From contig JAFZRT010000007.1 of assembly GCA_017619735.1 (NCBI GenBank), forward strand, positions 14,703 to 78,702: 64,000 nt of DNA. The letters are read 5' to 3'. The position numbers and the translations under genes were made by a program. Below, in pieces: positions 52,421 through 60,909 of this stretch. The stretch's first letter is position 1, and each line of letters starts with the position of its first letter. The notes below the pieces were generated by a model. The model had not been told where the DNA came from. It worked only from the letters and a program-made list of their open reading frames with translations, and ran no database searches. This DNA comes from Clostridia bacterium. GTDB taxonomy: Bacteria; Bacillota; Clostridia; Christensenellales; CAG-138.

Positions 52421-53463
52421 GACAGGAAAGAGATCGCGATCATTATCGCGGCGAATACCGCGGCGAACGTGCCCCAGCGGCGCAGGAAGCTCCTGCCCTT
52501 GTCGGTGGGGACCTCGCCCACGACCTTGCCGGTCTGACCGTTCATCGCAAAGGTGTACTTCGTGCCCTTGTAGCCCACGCTGAACGTGTATACGGGAAGC
52601 AGCACGTACCTTGCGGTAATGGGGGAAGCGGTAAGATCGTTGCCCGCGGAAGCCACGCCGGAATATCCGACTCCGGCGTTCGCGTCGACTATGCTCATGA
52701 CGCTGTTGGTCATGCGTTCCTCGGCCCTTCTTCTGACCTCCTCGGAATCCCGGTCGAAACGCTCGGCGAGGAAGCCCGAAAGGTAGCTCATGTTGAAGGG
52801 CTTGATATCGGTGATGTCAAACGGCTCGAGGGAGTCCATCAGCGCGTCGTCCAGACGCCCGCTGCCGTCGACGGGGATATCCTTGAAGTCCATGCTGACG
52901 TCGCGCTCGATATCGTAATGATCGCGTATCGTGACGAGGTAATCCCCCTCGCGCACGACGCGGTCCTTGTAGCCCTTGTAATACGCCTTGCCCTGATAGG
53001 TGCAGTCGTAGAGCCAGAACGGGACGTATACTCCGGCAAGATCCTCTATATTGCTCTCGCTGAAGAAATGGCGGGGGAGGAGCTGCCGGTCCTTGTAGAA
53101 GTTCTGCACCGCGGCGGGAAGGGACTTCTTGTCGATGCGGAAGGGGATTATTCCGTCGGGACGGAGCCCGCCGGAGACCTTTTCCGTGAATACGATGTTG
53201 TTCCCGCAGTAGGGGCATTTTACGGATGCGGAAACGGAATCGGTCACGATCTCCGCGCCGCAGGATCTGCAGTTGTAGCAGCAGAGCTCCTCGCTCTGCA
53301 CGGAAGGCGCCTCGCCCGCGCCCTCCTCGGGCTCGGGTTCCGCGGTTTCGGGGATATCGTAGGAGGTGCCGCACCAATCGCAGACGGACTTGCCGCTCTC
53401 GGGATCGAACCTCAGCGGCGCTCCGCATGCGGGGCATTTCTGTTCGCTCAGACCTCTCTGCAT
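52414..53463 (-). CDS. Zinc-ribbon membrane protein, function unknown
   Basis: Start set at the ATG at 53463 (GGAAAGGAG 7 nt upstream). Two Cys4 ribbons (CPACG...CDWCG; CRSCG...CPYCG) and a C-terminal TM helix. It overlaps the TPM gene by 7 nt. Confidence 0.65.
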   Translation of the reverse strand: MQRGLSEQKCPACGAPLRFDPESGKSVCDWCGTSYDIPETAEPEPEEGAGEAPSVQSEELCCYNCRSCGAEIVTDSVSASVKCPYCGNNIVFTEKVSGGLRPDGIIPFRIDKKSLPAAVQNFYKDRQLLPRHFFSESNIEDLAGVYVPFWLYDCTYQGKAYYKGYKDRVVREGDYLVTIRDHYDIERDVSMDFKDIPVDGSGRLDDALMDSLEPFDITDIKPFNMSYLSGFLAERFDRDSEEVRRRAEERMTNSVMSIVDANAGVGYSGVASAGNDLTASPITARYVLLPVYTFSVGYKGTKYTFAMNGQTGKVVGEVPTDKGRSFLRRWGTFAAVFAAIMIAISFLSC

Positions 53464-53563
53464 TTTCTGACTCCTTTCCCGTGACAAAAAGTCCGATACG
53501 GTCCGCTTATATTATACAAAGAAAAAGCGCCGCTTGCAAGCATGAACCGCAGGCGGCGTGCTA

Positions 53564-54289
53564 TTATTCCAAAAGGCCGTACTTGACCTGCACCCTGTTG
53601 AGCTTCTTCAGGAGCGGCTTCGCCAGCAGCAGCAGGAATATCGCGGTCGCTGCGGCGTTTATGAGGTTGAAGGGGACGCCCGCGGCGAATACCTTGCCGG
53701 CGAGCTCCCAAGTTACGTCGCTGTATGTGGTCAGCAGCGTGGACGTGTCGACGATGGGGCCGTAGACGAGGAGCACGGAGAGCACGCCGAATATCACGAG
53801 CGGCACTGTTTTGGGCGGAGCGGCGTTCTTTCTGTGGAAGAAGAGCCCGCCCAAAAGCCCCGTAAGGCCGAGCGCCTCCATCTGCCAGGGCGTCCACGGG
53901 CCCTGAACGAACATGAAGTTGGAAACGAAGGCGATCATCGCCCCCGCGATGAAGCCCGAATCGGCGCCGAAAGCGATACCGGTGATTATTGCGACCGCGA
54001 TGATGGGCTTGAACTGCGGCAGCATGTAAAACGCCGCGCGCCCCGCCACGCCTATCGCGATCATCGCCGCAAGCACCACGAGCTCGCGCGGGCGTAGCTT
54101 CTTCCGCTCGAAGCGCAGCACGAAAGGCACTGCGGAAAGCAGCATTATTATAAGGCTCACAAGGTAGAACCTGCGGTCGTTCCATACGGAGACGCCGAGG
54201 AATATCGCCGCTGGCGCCGCTGCCGCTGCGACGAGCACCGTCACGATGATGCGGATGCGGCGGCGCCTGTCATCCCTCTTTTCGGGCAA
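53564..54289 (-). CDS. ECF transporter S component (substrate unknown)
   Basis: TTG start 9 nt after GGAGG, overlapping the ATPase gene stop. Six TM helices. Last gene of the T-AA'-S cluster. Confidence 0.7.
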   Translation of the reverse strand: MPEKRDDRRRRIRIIVTVLVAAAAAPAAIFLGVSVWNDRRFYLVSLIIMLLSAVPFVLRFERKKLRPRELVVLAAMIAIGVAGRAAFYMLPQFKPIIAVAIITGIAFGADSGFIAGAMIAFVSNFMFVQGPWTPWQMEALGLTGLLGGLFFHRKNAAPPKTVPLVIFGVLSVLLVYGPIVDTSTLLTTYSDVTWELAGKVFAAGVPFNLINAAATAIFLLLLAKPLLKKLNRVQVKYGLLE

Positions 54290-55919
54290 GCCCGATCACC
54301 TCCCCGGTAAGCAGCGCGTTGCGGTATACGTCGCGCGCCGTGCGGTTCGCCGCCGTGGTGTAGAAGGTGTTCTCGCAGAAGAACTCACGCGCGGTGTTTT
54401 CGGATGCTATGGCGCCGTCGAACATGAAGCCCGCACGGTCGGCGTATTCGGCGCAGAACTCGATATCGTGGGATACGAGCAGTATCGCGAGCCCCGCTTT
54501 TTTGAGCTCGAGAAGCTTCCTGCCGAAGACCTCCTTTATGGAGGCGTCCATGCCCTTCGTCGGCTCGTCGAGCAGCAGCACCCGCGGCTCGGTCAGCAGC
54601 ACCTTGGCTATCGCCGCGCGCTGCTGCTCGCCGCCCGAAAGGTCGTAGGGATGCCTGCCGAGCAGATCCTCTATATCCATGAGGCGCACCGCCTCGCTTA
54701 TACGTTCATCCTCGTTGCCGCCGCCTCGGCCGTACGCCGCCTTTTTGAGGTCGTCCGCCACGGTATCGGCGCTGAACAGCGTGCGCGGATCCTGGTGGAG
54801 CATTGAGACGCGCTCCTCGAAAGCGCCGAACGCCGCCTTCTTGCGCTCGCCGTTTATGTACAGCTTCCCGCGATAGGGGACGCTCACGCCCGAGAGCACG
54901 GAGAGCAGCGTGGATTTGCCCGCGCCGTTGCCCCCGACGAGGCCGTATATCTCGCCCGGGTAAAGCTTGATGTCGAGGCCCTTCAGCACGTCGCAGCCGT
55001 CCTTCTCGTAGCGGAAGAAGAGGCCCTTCGCCTCAACGGCGGGGGTTTCAGCATGCCGTGGAGCTTCGGCCGCGGGCAGCAGCTTCTTTTCGAGCCCCAG
55101 CGCTCTCAGCGCGGCGCGGCCCTCGTTGACCGTCAGCGGGAGCGGCGCCGTCATGCCCAGCGCGCAGCCGATGCGGGCGGCGGTGGGCATTGCGCGGAAC
55201 ATGGGGGAGGAGGTCTCATAGAGCTTCAGCGCGGCCTCCCTCGGCCCGCCGCAGACCTCGATGCGGCCGCCTTCCATGACTATCACACGGTCGGCAAAGG
55301 GCATCGCCTCCTCCAACCGGTGCTCGCTGAGTATCACGGTGATGCCGAGCTCGGTGTTGAGACGCTTCACCGTCGAGAGGAAATCGAAAGCGGCGATCGG
55401 GTCGAGCTGCGAGGTCGGCTCGTCGAGTATCAGCACGTCGGGGTTGAGCGCCATAACGGAGGCGAGGTTCAAAAGCTGCTTCTGTCCGCCGGAAAGCTCC
55501 GCCACGCTGCGGTCGAAGAGCTCTTCTATGCCGAAATAGCTCGCCATCTCGGCGACGCGCAGGCGCATGACCTCGCGGTCGGTGCCCAGACTTTCCAGCC
55601 CGAACGCCAGCTCGTGCCAGACCTTGTCGGTCACTATCTGATCGTCGGGGTGCTGAAATACGAATCCGATGCGCGCGGCCTGCTCGCGCTCGCCGACGGA
55701 GGACAGCGGCGCTCCGGAGAACAGCACATCGCCCGTCCGCTCGCCGTGGGGGGCGAGCACGGTCTTCAGGTGCCGCAGGAGCGTGCTCTTGCCGCAGCCG
55801 GACCGGCCTATGACCAGCAGGAACTCGCCCTCCGCCGCGTCGAACGAAACGGAATCGAGCGCGGGCGAAGCGCCGTTGGGATATGTGAAGGTAAGATCCT
55901 TTACGCTGTAGCTTGCCAT
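54270..55919 (-). CDS. ECF transporter ATPase, fused EcfA-EcfA' (YkoD-like)
   Basis: Two ABC cassettes: GRSGCGKST / LSGGQKQ / LILDEPT and GGNGAGKST / LSGGEQQ / LLLDEPT. Confidence 0.9.
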   Translation of the reverse strand: MASYSVKDLTFTYPNGASPALDSVSFDAAEGEFLLVIGRSGCGKSTLLRHLKTVLAPHGERTGDVLFSGAPLSSVGEREQAARIGFVFQHPDDQIVTDKVWHELAFGLESLGTDREVMRLRVAEMASYFGIEELFDRSVAELSGGQKQLLNLASVMALNPDVLILDEPTSQLDPIAAFDFLSTVKRLNTELGITVILSEHRLEEAMPFADRVIVMEGGRIEVCGGPREAALKLYETSSPMFRAMPTAARIGCALGMTAPLPLTVNEGRAALRALGLEKKLLPAAEAPRHAETPAVEAKGLFFRYEKDGCDVLKGLDIKLYPGEIYGLVGGNGAGKSTLLSVLSGVSVPYRGKLYINGERKKAAFGAFEERVSMLHQDPRTLFSADTVADDLKKAAYGRGGGNEDERISEAVRLMDIEDLLGRHPYDLSGGEQQRAAIAKVLLTEPRVLLLDEPTKGMDASIKEVFGRKLLELKKAGLAILLVSHDIEFCAEYADRAGFMFDGAIASENTAREFFCENTFYTTAANRTARDVYRNALLTGEVIGLARKEG

Positions 55920-55928
55920 GTGATCTCC

Positions 55929-56849
55929 TCAGCCGCCGTCGGCGGTTTTTTTGCTGAACGAGCCCGAGCCGAGGGCGCGGGCGAGCGACGCGCGCTCCCA
56001 AATGTTCAGGAGCAGCGGCGTTATGCAAAGGATAAGGAACGCGGCGTATCCGATGAGGGAGAGCGCGTCCGCGGGGCTGTATTTGACGGATGGATAGAAG
56101 CGGAAGCGGATATGCCCGGTCGCCATGGCGGCGGCGCTCAGCGCGAAGCACACGAGCATCGATATCCCCAATACCGCGTCGCGGCGGTCGAAGCGGAAGA
56201 GCGGAAAGCTCGTCCGCCCGGGGAGCCCGTAGCCGCGGCTGTGCATGCTGTCGGACACGGTGACGGCGCTCTCGAGCGCCCAGGTGACGGTGGCGGACAG
56301 CACGGAAAGCCCGTGCGACGCGGCCTTTATCGGACTTTTGCCGAAGCTCGGCGCGACGCTTTTCTGCGCCTCGGACACGAGCTTTATCCTCGCGAAGAGG
56401 CGGGGGACGAACCGCAGCACCATGGAGAAGACGAGCGAGAGCGTGGGTATCGCCCTGCCGAACAGATATACGTATTTATCGGAGGTCATGACTGCCGTGA
56501 GACACGAGCACCAGAGTATCAGCGCCGCGAACATGCATGCGGAGACGGCGCCGTAAAGCACGGCCTCCATGGTCACCGCGTTGCCGTTTTTCATGTAGAA
56601 GAGCACCGTCGTCCCCGCGTGGTTGAAGAGCGGGTTGAATACCGCGACGATCACGACCACGGGCAGAACGAACGTGAGGCAGAGCCTCAAGGTCTTTCGT
56701 CCCTTGAGACAGATCGCGTATGTCAGGGCGGCGGCGAGCGAGATGCCTGTGACGGCGGGGTGGAGGACGAAAGCCGTTATCAGCATCACGAAGAGGAAGA
56801 ACGCAAGATCCACCGCCGGATGGACTGTGTGAAAAGCATCCCGGCGCAT
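55929..56849 (-). CDS. ecfT: ECF transporter transmembrane (T) component
   Basis: Polytopic CbiQ/EcfT-like protein with the characteristic Arg-containing coupling helices (MHSRGYG). First gene of the cluster; GAGGGA RBS. Confidence 0.8.
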   Translation of the reverse strand: MRRDAFHTVHPAVDLAFFLFVMLITAFVLHPAVTGISLAAALTYAICLKGRKTLRLCLTFVLPVVVIVAVFNPLFNHAGTTVLFYMKNGNAVTMEAVLYGAVSACMFAALILWCSCLTAVMTSDKYVYLFGRAIPTLSLVFSMVLRFVPRLFARIKLVSEAQKSVAPSFGKSPIKAASHGLSVLSATVTWALESAVTVSDSMHSRGYGLPGRTSFPLFRFDRRDAVLGISMLVCFALSAAAMATGHIRFRFYPSVKYSPADALSLIGYAAFLILCITPLLLNIWERASLARALGSGSFSKKTADGG

Positions 56850-57032
56850 AATTGATCCCTCGTGTTTTGCGCATAATGAAGATATGCACTGCCCTTTATT
56901 ATATCACGTTTTCGGCCCGCCGCAAGAAGCAAATGGCCCTGCGCAAAGTCCGCGGGGGGCGGTTTTCGCGGTTGACGGAGCGGCGGTGAAAATGCTATAC
57001 TGATAAAAAGACAAAGGAAGGAAACACACCGA

Positions 57033-57554
57033 ATGAAAAAGCATCTGAGACTGCTCGCCGCCGCGCTCGCAGCATTCGCGCTGATGATCTCCTGCGCGTC
57101 GTGCAGCAAGCCCGAGCCGCAGCCCGCGACCGTATCCGATCCGCCTGCGGAGTTCGGCTTCAGCGCATCGGATATCAACGGCGATCCCATATCCTTCACG
57201 GACTTCTCCGACAGGAAGGTCATTATGATCAACTTCTGGGAGACCTGGTGCGGCCCCTGCGTAAACGAGCTGCCCGATCTGCAGAAGCTCTATGAGGCCC
57301 GCGCCGACGACGGCCTCGTCATAATCGGCGTTTATTCGTCGTCCGAAAAGCAGGACGTCGAAGCCCTCGTAAAGAAGCTCGGCATCACGTATCCGATAAT
57401 GGAATGCGTCCCCTCGCTCGAGGGCTTCAGGACGGAATACGTCCCCACGACCGTCTTCTTCGACGGCTCGGGCAACTTCATCGGCTCGACGCTGGTAGGC
57501 TCCCGCAGTTACGAGGCGTGGGACGGCGTGGTATCGTCCCTGATGAGCAAATGA
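57033..57554 (+). CDS. TlpA/redoxin-family thiol:disulfide oxidoreductase lipoprotein
   Basis: Lipobox ALMISCASC; thioredoxin-fold active site WETWCGPC. Confidence 0.85.
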   Translation: MKKHLRLLAAALAAFALMISCASCSKPEPQPATVSDPPAEFGFSASDINGDPISFTDFSDRKVIMINFWETWCGPCVNELPDLQKLYEARADDGLVIIGVYSSSEKQDVEALVKKLGITYPIMECVPSLEGFRTEYVPTTVFFDGSGNFIGSTLVGSRSYEAWDGVVSSLMSK

Positions 57555-57567
57555 GGCGCCGCGCATA

Positions 57568-58239
57568 ATGGCAGAGACCACGGCATATCTTGAAAAACTC
57601 CCGTTCTGGGCGGAGCTTTCCGACAAGGAGCGCCGCTTTTCGGAGCGAAATTCCGCCATACGCCGCGCGCCGAAGGGCACCCTCCTCTACAGCCGCGACT
57701 GCGCCTGCATGGGGCTCGTGCTCGTCGTCTCCGGCGCAGTCAGGATATACCTCCTCTCGCCGGAGGGAAGGGAGATAACGCTCTTCCGCCTCGGGCCGGG
57801 CGATCCCTGCGTGCTCTCCGCCTCCTGCGTGATCCGTCAGATCGACTTCGACACGCACATGGTCGCGGACGAGGACTCCGAGCTCGTCATTATGAACGCG
57901 GAGGCCTTCGGCGAGCTTACCGACGGCAGCATACACGCGCGCTGCTTCCTCTTCGAGCAGGCGACGGAGAGCTTCTCCGCGGTCATGCGCACCATGGAAA
58001 AGCTCCTGTTCACGCGGTTCGACATGCGCCTCGCGTCGTTCCTCGTCTCGGAGTGCGAGCGCACCGGCTCGTATTCGCTCCCGCTGACGCAGGGACGCAT
58101 CGCGGAGCGGGTCAACTCCGCGCGGGAGGTGGTCGCCCGCATGCTCAAGCAGTTTTCGGAGAGCGGCCTCGTCGCGATGAAGCGCGGCCGTGTGGACGTC
58201 ACGGATATCGACGGCCTGCGCAGGATAGCGGGGCAATAA
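57568..58239 (+). CDS. Crp/Fnr family transcriptional regulator
   Basis: N-terminal cNMP-binding-like beta-roll and C-terminal HTH (LTQGRIAERVNSAREVVARMLKQF). Confidence 0.85.
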   Translation: MAETTAYLEKLPFWAELSDKERRFSERNSAIRRAPKGTLLYSRDCACMGLVLVVSGAVRIYLLSPEGREITLFRLGPGDPCVLSASCVIRQIDFDTHMVADEDSELVIMNAEAFGELTDGSIHARCFLFEQATESFSAVMRTMEKLLFTRFDMRLASFLVSECERTGSYSLPLTQGRIAERVNSAREVVARMLKQFSESGLVAMKRGRVDVTDIDGLRRIAGQ

Positions 58240-58256
58240 AATATATTCTCCGTTGT

Positions 58257-58297
58257 GTGACTTAGTCACGGTAAGCGACCTTTCGGCGGGGTAGAAT
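58257..58297 (+). promoter_or_regulatory. Perfect 6-1-6 palindrome GTGACTtAGTCAC plus a TAGAAT -10 element upstream of trxA
   Basis: The palindrome is at 58257-58269 and TAGAAT at 58292-58297. The palindrome centre is about 41 nt upstream of the expected TSS, the class II Crp/Fnr position. The TGTGA-like half-sites fit the Crp/Fnr family. Confidence 0.5.
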
Positions 58298-58353
58298 ATG
58301 ACCGTAACAAAAACGAAAGGAGGCCCCGTCCCGATTGGGCCGGGGAGACGAAA

Positions 58354-58662
58354 ATGAAAGAGATAGAACTCACCTACAGCAATTTCGAGGAAGAGGTCCT
58401 CAATTCCGACAAGCCCGTTCTGGTGGATTTCTGGGCGACATGGTGCGGCCCCTGCCGCATGCTCGGCCCCGTCATCGCCCAGATAGCGGAGGAGAACGAC
58501 GATATCAAGGTCTGCAAGGTCAACGTCGACAACGAGCCCCAGCTCGCTCAGCAGTTCAACATCACCGGCATCCCCACGGTGCTCGTGTTCAAGAACGGCC
58601 TGCTTGCGGAAAAGTCTGTCGGTTTCCGTCCCAAGCAGCAGATACTTGACCTTATCAAATAA
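58354..58662 (+). CDS. trxA: Thioredoxin
   Basis: WATWCGPC active site, 102 aa. Confidence 0.95.
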   Translation: MKEIELTYSNFEEEVLNSDKPVLVDFWATWCGPCRMLGPVIAQIAEENDDIKVCKVNVDNEPQLAQQFNITGIPTVLVFKNGLLAEKSVGFRPKQQILDLIK

Positions 58663-58681
58663 CCGAGAAAGGGAGAACAAC

Positions 58682-59218
58682 ATGAACAAGTACGAAGGCA
58701 CAAAGACCGAAAAGAACCTCTGGGAGGCCTTTGCCGGCGAATCCCAGGCCCGCAACAAGTACACCTATTTCGCCTCCAAGGCGAAGAAGGAGGGCTTCGA
58801 GCAGATCTCCGCGATATTCCTGAAGACCGCCGAGAACGAGAAGGAGCATGCGAAGCTCTGGTTCAAGGAGCTCAACGGCATCGGCTCCACCGCCGAGAAC
58901 CTAACGGCCGCCGCCGAGGGCGAGAACTACGAGTGGACCGACATGTACGAGGGCTTTGCCAAGACCGCGGAGGAGGAGGGCTTCCCCGAGCTCGCCGCCA
59001 AGTTCCGCGCTGTCGGCGCTATCGAGAAGGAGCATGAGGCCCGCTACCGCGCTCTCCTCTACAACGTCGAGACGCAGCAGGTATTCGAAAAGTCCGAGGT
59101 CAAGGTTTGGGAGTGCCGCAACTGCGGCCATATCGTCGTGGGCACCAAGGCGCCCGAGGTATGCCCCGTCTGCGATCATCCCATGGCCTATTTCGAGATC
59201 AACGCCAAGAATTATTAA
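58682..59218 (+). CDS. rbr: Rubrerythrin
   Basis: Start at the ATG at 58682 after GGGAGAA. Diiron ExxH motifs ([19 protein letters not shown]) and a C-terminal rubredoxin-like CRNCGH...CPVC. Confidence 0.93.
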   Translation: MNKYEGTKTEKNLWEAFAGESQARNKYTYFASKAKKEGFEQISAIFLKTAENEKEHAKLWFKELNGIGSTAENLTAAAEGENYEWTDMYEGFAKTAEEEGFPELAAKFRAVGAIEKEHEARYRALLYNVETQQVFEKSEVKVWECRNCGHIVVGTKAPEVCPVCDHPMAYFEINAKNY

Positions 59219-59251
59219 ATCAAGCATACAAAAGAAAGGAGAACCCCCACT

Positions 59252-59407
59252 ATGAAGTACATCTGCGACGCATGCGGCTGGGAATATGACGAGGCTCTCG
59301 GCGATCCCGAGAACGGCATCGCTCCCGGCACCAAGTTCGAGGATCTTCCCGACGATTTCGTCTGCCCCCTTTGCGGCGTGGGCAAGGATATGTTCAGCGC
59401 CGAGTGA
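59252..59407 (+). CDS. Rubredoxin (51 aa; below the ORF-track size cutoff)
   Basis: [48 protein letters not shown] carries both CxxCG knuckles. AAGGAGAA RBS. Confidence 0.92.
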   Translation: MKYICDACGWEYDEALGDPENGIAPGTKFEDLPDDFVCPLCGVGKDMFSAE

Positions 59408-59431
59408 TCCGCGATACGGCACTTAAAGGAA

Positions 59432-59461
59432 CGCCGGTCCGATCGGACCGGCGTTTTTTTG
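59432..59461 (+). terminator. Intrinsic terminator of the trxA-rbr-rub operon
   Basis: Stem CGCCGGTCC / GGACCGGCG with loop GATC, followed by a T7+ run. Confidence 0.85.
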
Positions 59462-59563
59462 CGCTCCGCGCGGCGGGGAAGGGCATTTACTGTTGCGGCG
59501 GGACGCCGGGTTGTGATATAATCGACTGGTGCGGAAGCGCGAATATCAGGGAAGGGCAGAAGT

Positions 59564-60400
59564 ATGCGCCTCGATACCGAAATACGCCGAATAGAGACCA
59601 GCTGGGGCAGCATGAAGCTCATTGTGCTCCGCCCGCGCGGAGCGGAGGGCGGACTGCCCGGCATACTCTGGATACACGGCGGCGGCTATTACGAGGGCAG
59701 AGCTGAGATGGTGTTCCTCTCCAAGGGGCGGGACGCCGCGATGGAGTACGGCGCGGTCGTCGTATCGCCCGAATACCGTCTCTCCGGAGAAGCGCCGTAT
59801 CCCGCCGCGCTCGACGACTGCTGGGCGGCGCTGCTGTGGCTGCGCGATCACCGCGAAGAGCTGGGCGTAGACTTGATAATGGTCGGCGGAGAGAGCGCGG
59901 GCGGCGGGCTCGCCGCGGCGGTATGCATGCGCGCGCGCGACTCGCGGGAGGTCGATATCGCCTTCCAGATGCCGCTCTATCCGATGCTCGACTGCGACGA
60001 TACGGAATCCTCCGCGGACAACAACACCCCGATATTCTGGAACACGAAGCGCAATCACGAAGCGTGGAAGCAGTATCTCGGCCCGCTGTGGGGATCGGAG
60101 AACGTGCCGCCCTACGCCTCGCCCGCGAAACAGACCGACTATTCCGGCCTGCCGCCGTGCTACACCTTCGTCGCGGACGGGGAGCCGTTCTACGCGGAGA
60201 CCCTGCGCTACGTCGAAAACCTCAACAGAGCGGGCGTTCCCGCGAAGGCCGACGTGTTCCATGCCGAGATGCACGCGTTCGACGCGCTGTTCCCTTGGCG
60301 AAAGGCGTCGAAGGACGCGAAGGCCGCGTTCCTGCTGAACTTCGGCGAAGCGCTTTCGGCGATTCGAAACAACAACGATCCAACGGGGGAGACAAAGTGA
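59564..60400 (+). CDS. Alpha/beta hydrolase, HSL-family (family IV) esterase/lipase
   Basis: HGGGY oxyanion motif and GESAGGGLA nucleophile elbow. Confidence 0.85.
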   Translation: MRLDTEIRRIETSWGSMKLIVLRPRGAEGGLPGILWIHGGGYYEGRAEMVFLSKGRDAAMEYGAVVVSPEYRLSGEAPYPAALDDCWAALLWLRDHREELGVDLIMVGGESAGGGLAAAVCMRARDSREVDIAFQMPLYPMLDCDDTESSADNNTPIFWNTKRNHEAWKQYLGPLWGSENVPPYASPAKQTDYSGLPPCYTFVADGEPFYAETLRYVENLNRAGVPAKADVFHAEMHAFDALFPWRKASKDAKAAFLLNFGEALSAIRNNNDPTGETK

Positions 60401-60888
60401 AAAAGGAGTTTCTGCGCACGGTCAAATACCTGCTGATCGCCTGCTCGGCGGGCATAATTCAGTTCGGCAGCTTCACGCTGATGAACGAGCTCATCGGATG
60501 GGACTACTGGATCAGCTACCTCATAGCGCTCGTGCTTTCCGTCATCTGGAACTTCACGTTCAACCGCAAGTATACCTTCAAGAGCGCGTCGAACGTGCCG
60601 AAGGCCATGGCGCTCGTGTTCGCCTACTACTGCGTGTTCACGCCGCTCTCCACCCTAAACGAGCATTTCCTCACGACCAGGCTCGGCTGGAACGAGTACG
60701 TCGTAACGCTTACCAACATGGTGCTGAACCTCGCGACGGAGTTCCCGTTCCAAAGGTTCGTCGTGTTCCGCAAGACCATCGACACGAACGAGATCGCCCG
60801 GCGCGAGCGTGAGAAGGCGGAGGCGGCCGCCGCGGAGAACGCCGCGGAGGGATCGGAGGACTTAAACGGAGAAAATCCGTCAGAATAA
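60397..60888 (+). CDS. GtrA family membrane protein with an acidic C-terminal tail
   Basis: The GTG start overlaps the upstream stop (GTGA), with GGGGGAG upstream. Four TM helices, and WNFTFNRKYTF / FPFQRFVVF motifs typical of GtrA. Confidence 0.75.
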   Translation: MKKEFLRTVKYLLIACSAGIIQFGSFTLMNELIGWDYWISYLIALVLSVIWNFTFNRKYTFKSASNVPKAMALVFAYYCVFTPLSTLNEHFLTTRLGWNEYVVTLTNMVLNLATEFPFQRFVVFRKTIDTNEIARREREKAEAAAAENAAEGSEDLNGENPSE

Positions 60889-60909
60889 ATCTTTTACGGA
60901 GAAAACGAC

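Noticed and set aside
56850-57032. A TPP riboswitch upstream of the ykoCDE-like ECF cluster.
   Set aside because: No CUGAGA or pyrimidine-sensor helix motifs are visible on the minus strand. Only a -10-like element is present.
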